DNA of 64,000 nucleotides from positions 81,684 to 145,683 of the forward strand of contig CAVROD010000001.1 in assembly GCA_963722795.1 (NCBI GenBank), in the 5' to 3' direction. Positions 61,452-64,000 of this stretch are shown piece by piece. The notes beneath the pieces are model-generated. The model searched no databases. It was not told where the DNA came from and was given only the letters and a program-made list of their open reading frames with translations. This DNA is from an uncultured Actinomycetes bacterium (lineage in GTDB: Bacteria > Actinomycetota > UBA4738 > HRBIN12). A program made the translations under genes and the position numbers. Every line of letters starts with the position of its first letter. Position 1 is the stretch's first letter.

Positions 61452-63803
61452 ATGCCGCTCAAGGAATACCCCGAGGACCACCCGTTCAACGGCGTGATGG
61501 GTCGAACCACCGATGAGTCCAGCCCATCCTGGCCCGCGATCAGACGGGCGCGCGACGGGGCCCCCAACGTGCTGCTCATCGTGCTCGACGACACCGGGTT
61601 CGGGAACTTCGGCTGCTTCGGCAGTCCGATCGATACCCCCAATCTCGACGCACTGGCCGAGCGCGGCCTCCGGTACAACAACATGCACACGACAGCGCTC
61701 TGTTCGCCGAGCCGAGCGTGCATCGTCACCGGTCGGAACCATCACAGCAACGGCATGGCGGCGATCACCGAACTCTCCACCGGCTACCCCGGCTACAACG
61801 GATCGATGCCGTTCGAGAACGGCATGCTGTCCGAGATGCTGGTCGAACAGGGCTACAGCACGTTCATGGTCGGCAAGTGGCACCTGACTCCGAGTTACCA
61901 GGAGACTGCCGCTGGTCCGTACGACCGCTGGCCACTCGGGCGGGGCTTCCAGCGCTTCTACGGATTCCTCGGTGGCGACACCAGTCAGTGGTACCCCGAC
62001 CTCGTCTACGACAACCACCAGGTGGAGCCGCCCAGGACGCCCGAAGAGGGCTACCACCTCACGGAGGACCTTACCGACAAGGCAATCCAGTTCATCACCG
62101 ACGTCAAACAGGTCGCCCCGGACAGGCCGTTCTACCTGCACTTCTGCCCGGGGGCCACCCATGCCCCGCACCACGTGGCGAAGGAGTGGGCCGATCGATA
62201 CGCCGGGGCGTTCGACGACGGGTGGGACGCCTACCGCGAGAAGGTGTTCGCGCGGCAGAAGGCGCTGGGCATCGTGCCGGCCGATGCTGAGCTCTCACGT
62301 CACGACCCCGACGTACCCGAGTGGGATTCGCTCCCGGCCGAGGCTCGCCGGCTCTTCAGCCGCATGATGGAGGTCTTCGCCGGCTTCCTTAGCCACACCG
62401 ATCACCACATCGGCCGTCTGCTCGACTACCTGCGGGACATCGGCGAGCTCGACAACACGCTCGTCATGGTGGTGTCCGACAACGGCGCAAGTGCCGAAGG
62501 CGGCCCGACCGGCACCACGAACGAAGCTCAGTTCTTCAACAACGCACAGGAATCGCTCGAAGACAGCCTCGCGCTCATCGACGAGATCGGCGGCCCCAAA
62601 CGCTTCAATCACTACCCGTGGGGGTGGACCTGGGCCGGCAACACGCCGTTCCGCCGGTGGAAGCGCGAGACGTACCGCGGCGGCTCCTCCGACCCGTTCA
62701 TCGTGTCGTGGCCTGCCGGCATCGGGGGGGACGGCGAGGTGCGCGGGCAGTACGCCCACATCATCGACATGGTGCCGACGGTGCTCGACCTGCTCGGCCT
62801 CGAGCCGCCCGCCGCCATCAGGGGCGTATCGCAGTCACCCCTGCACGGCGTCAGCTTCGCGGAGACGCTCGCCGACGCTGACGCGCCGAGCAACCGGACC
62901 ACCCAGTACTTCGAGATGCTCGGCCACCGGTCCATCTACCACGATGGATGGCGCGCGGTCTGCCCGTGGCCCGGTCCATCCTTCACCGAAGCCGGCAAGG
63001 GCTTCGGCGAGCCGATCGACGCGGAGACGCTCTCGCAGCTCGATGCGACCGGCTGGGAGCTGTATCACGTCGAGGAGGACTTCGCCGAGAACCACGATGT
63101 CGCCGCCGAGCACCGCGACCGCTTGATCGCCATGATCGGACGCTGGTACGTGGAGGCGGGCAAGTACGACGTGATGCCGATCGACGGCAGCGGCCTCCCG
63201 AGGATGATCTCGGAGAAGCCGACGGTCGCACCTTCGCGCGAACGCTACAAGTACCGACCCGACACCCAATCGATCCCGTTCTTCGCAGCGCCGAAGGTCC
63301 TCAACCGGCCGCATAGCATCACAGCCAGGGTCGAGGTTCCCGACGACGGCGCCGAGGGCGTGCTTCTGTCGCAAGGGACCGCTGCCGGCGGCTACACGCT
63401 CTTCATGCAGGATGGCAGGCTCCGCTACGCCCACAACTACGTGGGCCGCGAGGTCCATGGGGTCGTCTCCGAGTCCGAGATCCCATCGGGCGCGCATGAG
63501 CTCCGGTTCGAGTTCGAGCCGACGGGCGAGCCGGACATGCCGCACGGGCGAGGGGTGTCCGGTTCCGTCCAGCTCTACCTGGACGGCGACCTCGTCGGTG
63601 CCGCGGAGATCCCGGTCACGACGCCCTTCATCCTCAACCCCGGAGCCCTCACGTGCGGGGGCAACCCCGGTTCACCGGTCGTCGACGATTACACCAGCCC
63701 ATACCGGTTCACCGGCACCCTGCACGATGTGGTGGTCGAGGTCGGTGGGGAGCTCATCCACGACCCGGAAGCGGAGCTGCGCGCCCACATGGCACGGCAG
63801 TAG
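61452..63803 (+). CDS. arylsulfatase (formylglycine-dependent type I sulfatase)
   Basis: GGGAGG RBS then ATG 61452. Motifs PNVLLIVLDDTGFG, the FGly motif CSPSRACIVTGRNHH, GKWHL and VVSDNGAS. Confidence 0.9.
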   Translation: MPLKEYPEDHPFNGVMGRTTDESSPSWPAIRRARDGAPNVLLIVLDDTGFGNFGCFGSPIDTPNLDALAERGLRYNNMHTTALCSPSRACIVTGRNHHSNGMAAITELSTGYPGYNGSMPFENGMLSEMLVEQGYSTFMVGKWHLTPSYQETAAGPYDRWPLGRGFQRFYGFLGGDTSQWYPDLVYDNHQVEPPRTPEEGYHLTEDLTDKAIQFITDVKQVAPDRPFYLHFCPGATHAPHHVAKEWADRYAGAFDDGWDAYREKVFARQKALGIVPADAELSRHDPDVPEWDSLPAEARRLFSRMMEVFAGFLSHTDHHIGRLLDYLRDIGELDNTLVMVVSDNGASAEGGPTGTTNEAQFFNNAQESLEDSLALIDEIGGPKRFNHYPWGWTWAGNTPFRRWKRETYRGGSSDPFIVSWPAGIGGDGEVRGQYAHIIDMVPTVLDLLGLEPPAAIRGVSQSPLHGVSFAETLADADAPSNRTTQYFEMLGHRSIYHDGWRAVCPWPGPSFTEAGKGFGEPIDAETLSQLDATGWELYHVEEDFAENHDVAAEHRDRLIAMIGRWYVEAGKYDVMPIDGSGLPRMISEKPTVAPSRERYKYRPDTQSIPFFAAPKVLNRPHSITARVEVPDDGAEGVLLSQGTAAGGYTLFMQDGRLRYAHNYVGREVHGVVSESEIPSGAHELRFEFEPTGEPDMPHGRGVSGSVQLYLDGDLVGAAEIPVTTPFILNPGALTCGGNPGSPVVDDYTSPYRFTGTLHDVVVEVGGELIHDPEAELRAHMARQ

Positions 63804-63838
63804 CCACCTGTCGCCCGAGGCACGGCCTGTGAGGCCGC

Positions 63839-64000
63839 CTCACATGCCGTGGCAGTGCTTCCACTTGTGGCCCGAACCGCAGGTGCACACCTCGTTCCGG
63901 CCGCGCTTCGCATCCTCGGCCGCGTACAGCTGCACGAGCTCCGACGGAGGGCGGTCCTGGCGCAGCAGGTCGCACATCGCGCGCATCGCGGGCTCGATGT
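63839..64000 (-). CDS. SEC-C motif-containing protein, C-terminal part only (gene continues beyond the window)
   Basis: The minus-strand reading ends ...[35 protein letters not shown]. The stop corresponds to plus-strand 63839-63841. Confidence 0.6.

Noticed and set aside
1-64000. Mobile elements, prophage, defence islands, tRNA or rRNA genes
   Set aside because: I found no integrase, transposase, recombinase, phage structural, restriction-modification, toxin-antitoxin or cas-like ORFs. I also found no terminal inverted repeats flanking a block, and no tRNA-like T-arm (GGTTCGAATCC-type) in any intergenic region.

Overview
High-GC (roughly 70%) chromosomal segment of actinobacterial type. It is densely coded on both strands, with about 60 genes. 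I found no rRNA, tRNA, transposase, integrase or CRISPR array.

Gene content, left to right:
- Three tandem NarL/LuxR response regulators with degenerate receiver domains.
- A DUF255 thioredoxin-domain protein, a secreted 7-bladed beta-propeller, a cyclophilin, an SGNH hydrolase and a GNAT acetyltransferase.
- A serine-cycle-like island: hydroxyacid/hydroxypyruvate reductase, ppc, a class V serine/alanine-glyoxylate aminotransferase, a malyl-CoA-lyase-like aldolase, and MtkA/MtkB-like CoA ligase subunits.
- Split LigD genes (polymerase and ligase) flanking a hemerythrin gene.
- An APH-type kinase, an adenylate-cyclase remnant and typA.
- Two CocE/NonD hydrolases with a PotD/PotB/PotC-like ABC importer that has no ATPase gene.
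- PPK2, then a TlpA-like lipoprotein redoxin.
- SDR/epimerase genes, a LacI regulator, class I FBA and an L,D-transpeptidase.
- A SIS protein plus a maltokinase-like kinase, and a secreted HExxH protein.
- A lipid-modification island: acyl-ACP desaturase, FAD oxidoreductase, DUF1365 and cfa.
- A DUF1800/DUF1501 pair.
- A second ATPase-less Pot-like operon that ends in a LacI gene.
- A GT1 glycosyltransferase ORF that runs in frame into a secreted DUF11-like module.
- An aldehyde dehydrogenase, a large LuxR (LAL) regulator, a DUF6325-like/SHOCT pair, an arylsulfatase and a partial SEC-C motif gene.

Sequence-quality caveat: at least ten conserved genes (ppc, the aminotransferase, the lyase, typA, the second CocE/NonD, both Pot permeases, PPK2, the FAD oxidoreductase, the cyclase remnant) are broken by frame-changing indels. 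These cluster in four blocks. The two indels I could reconstruct are extra G bases in G runs. Assembly error is therefore as likely as pseudogenisation.

Most interesting observations:
1. The redoxin gene has a frame-preserving TGA exactly at the first Cys of its WCxxC motif, followed by a SECIS-like hairpin. This makes it a candidate selenoprotein.
2. The serine-cycle-type gene island.
3. Three loci where perfect tandem repeats that contain the stop codon sit on the 3' end of a gene (ppc and both LacI genes).
4. An identical 18-nt element resembling an extended -10 promoter lies 1-2 nt (its TAGCGT hexamer 8-9 nt) upstream of two start codons.
5. The ATPase-less ABC clusters coupled to CocE/NonD hydrolases.
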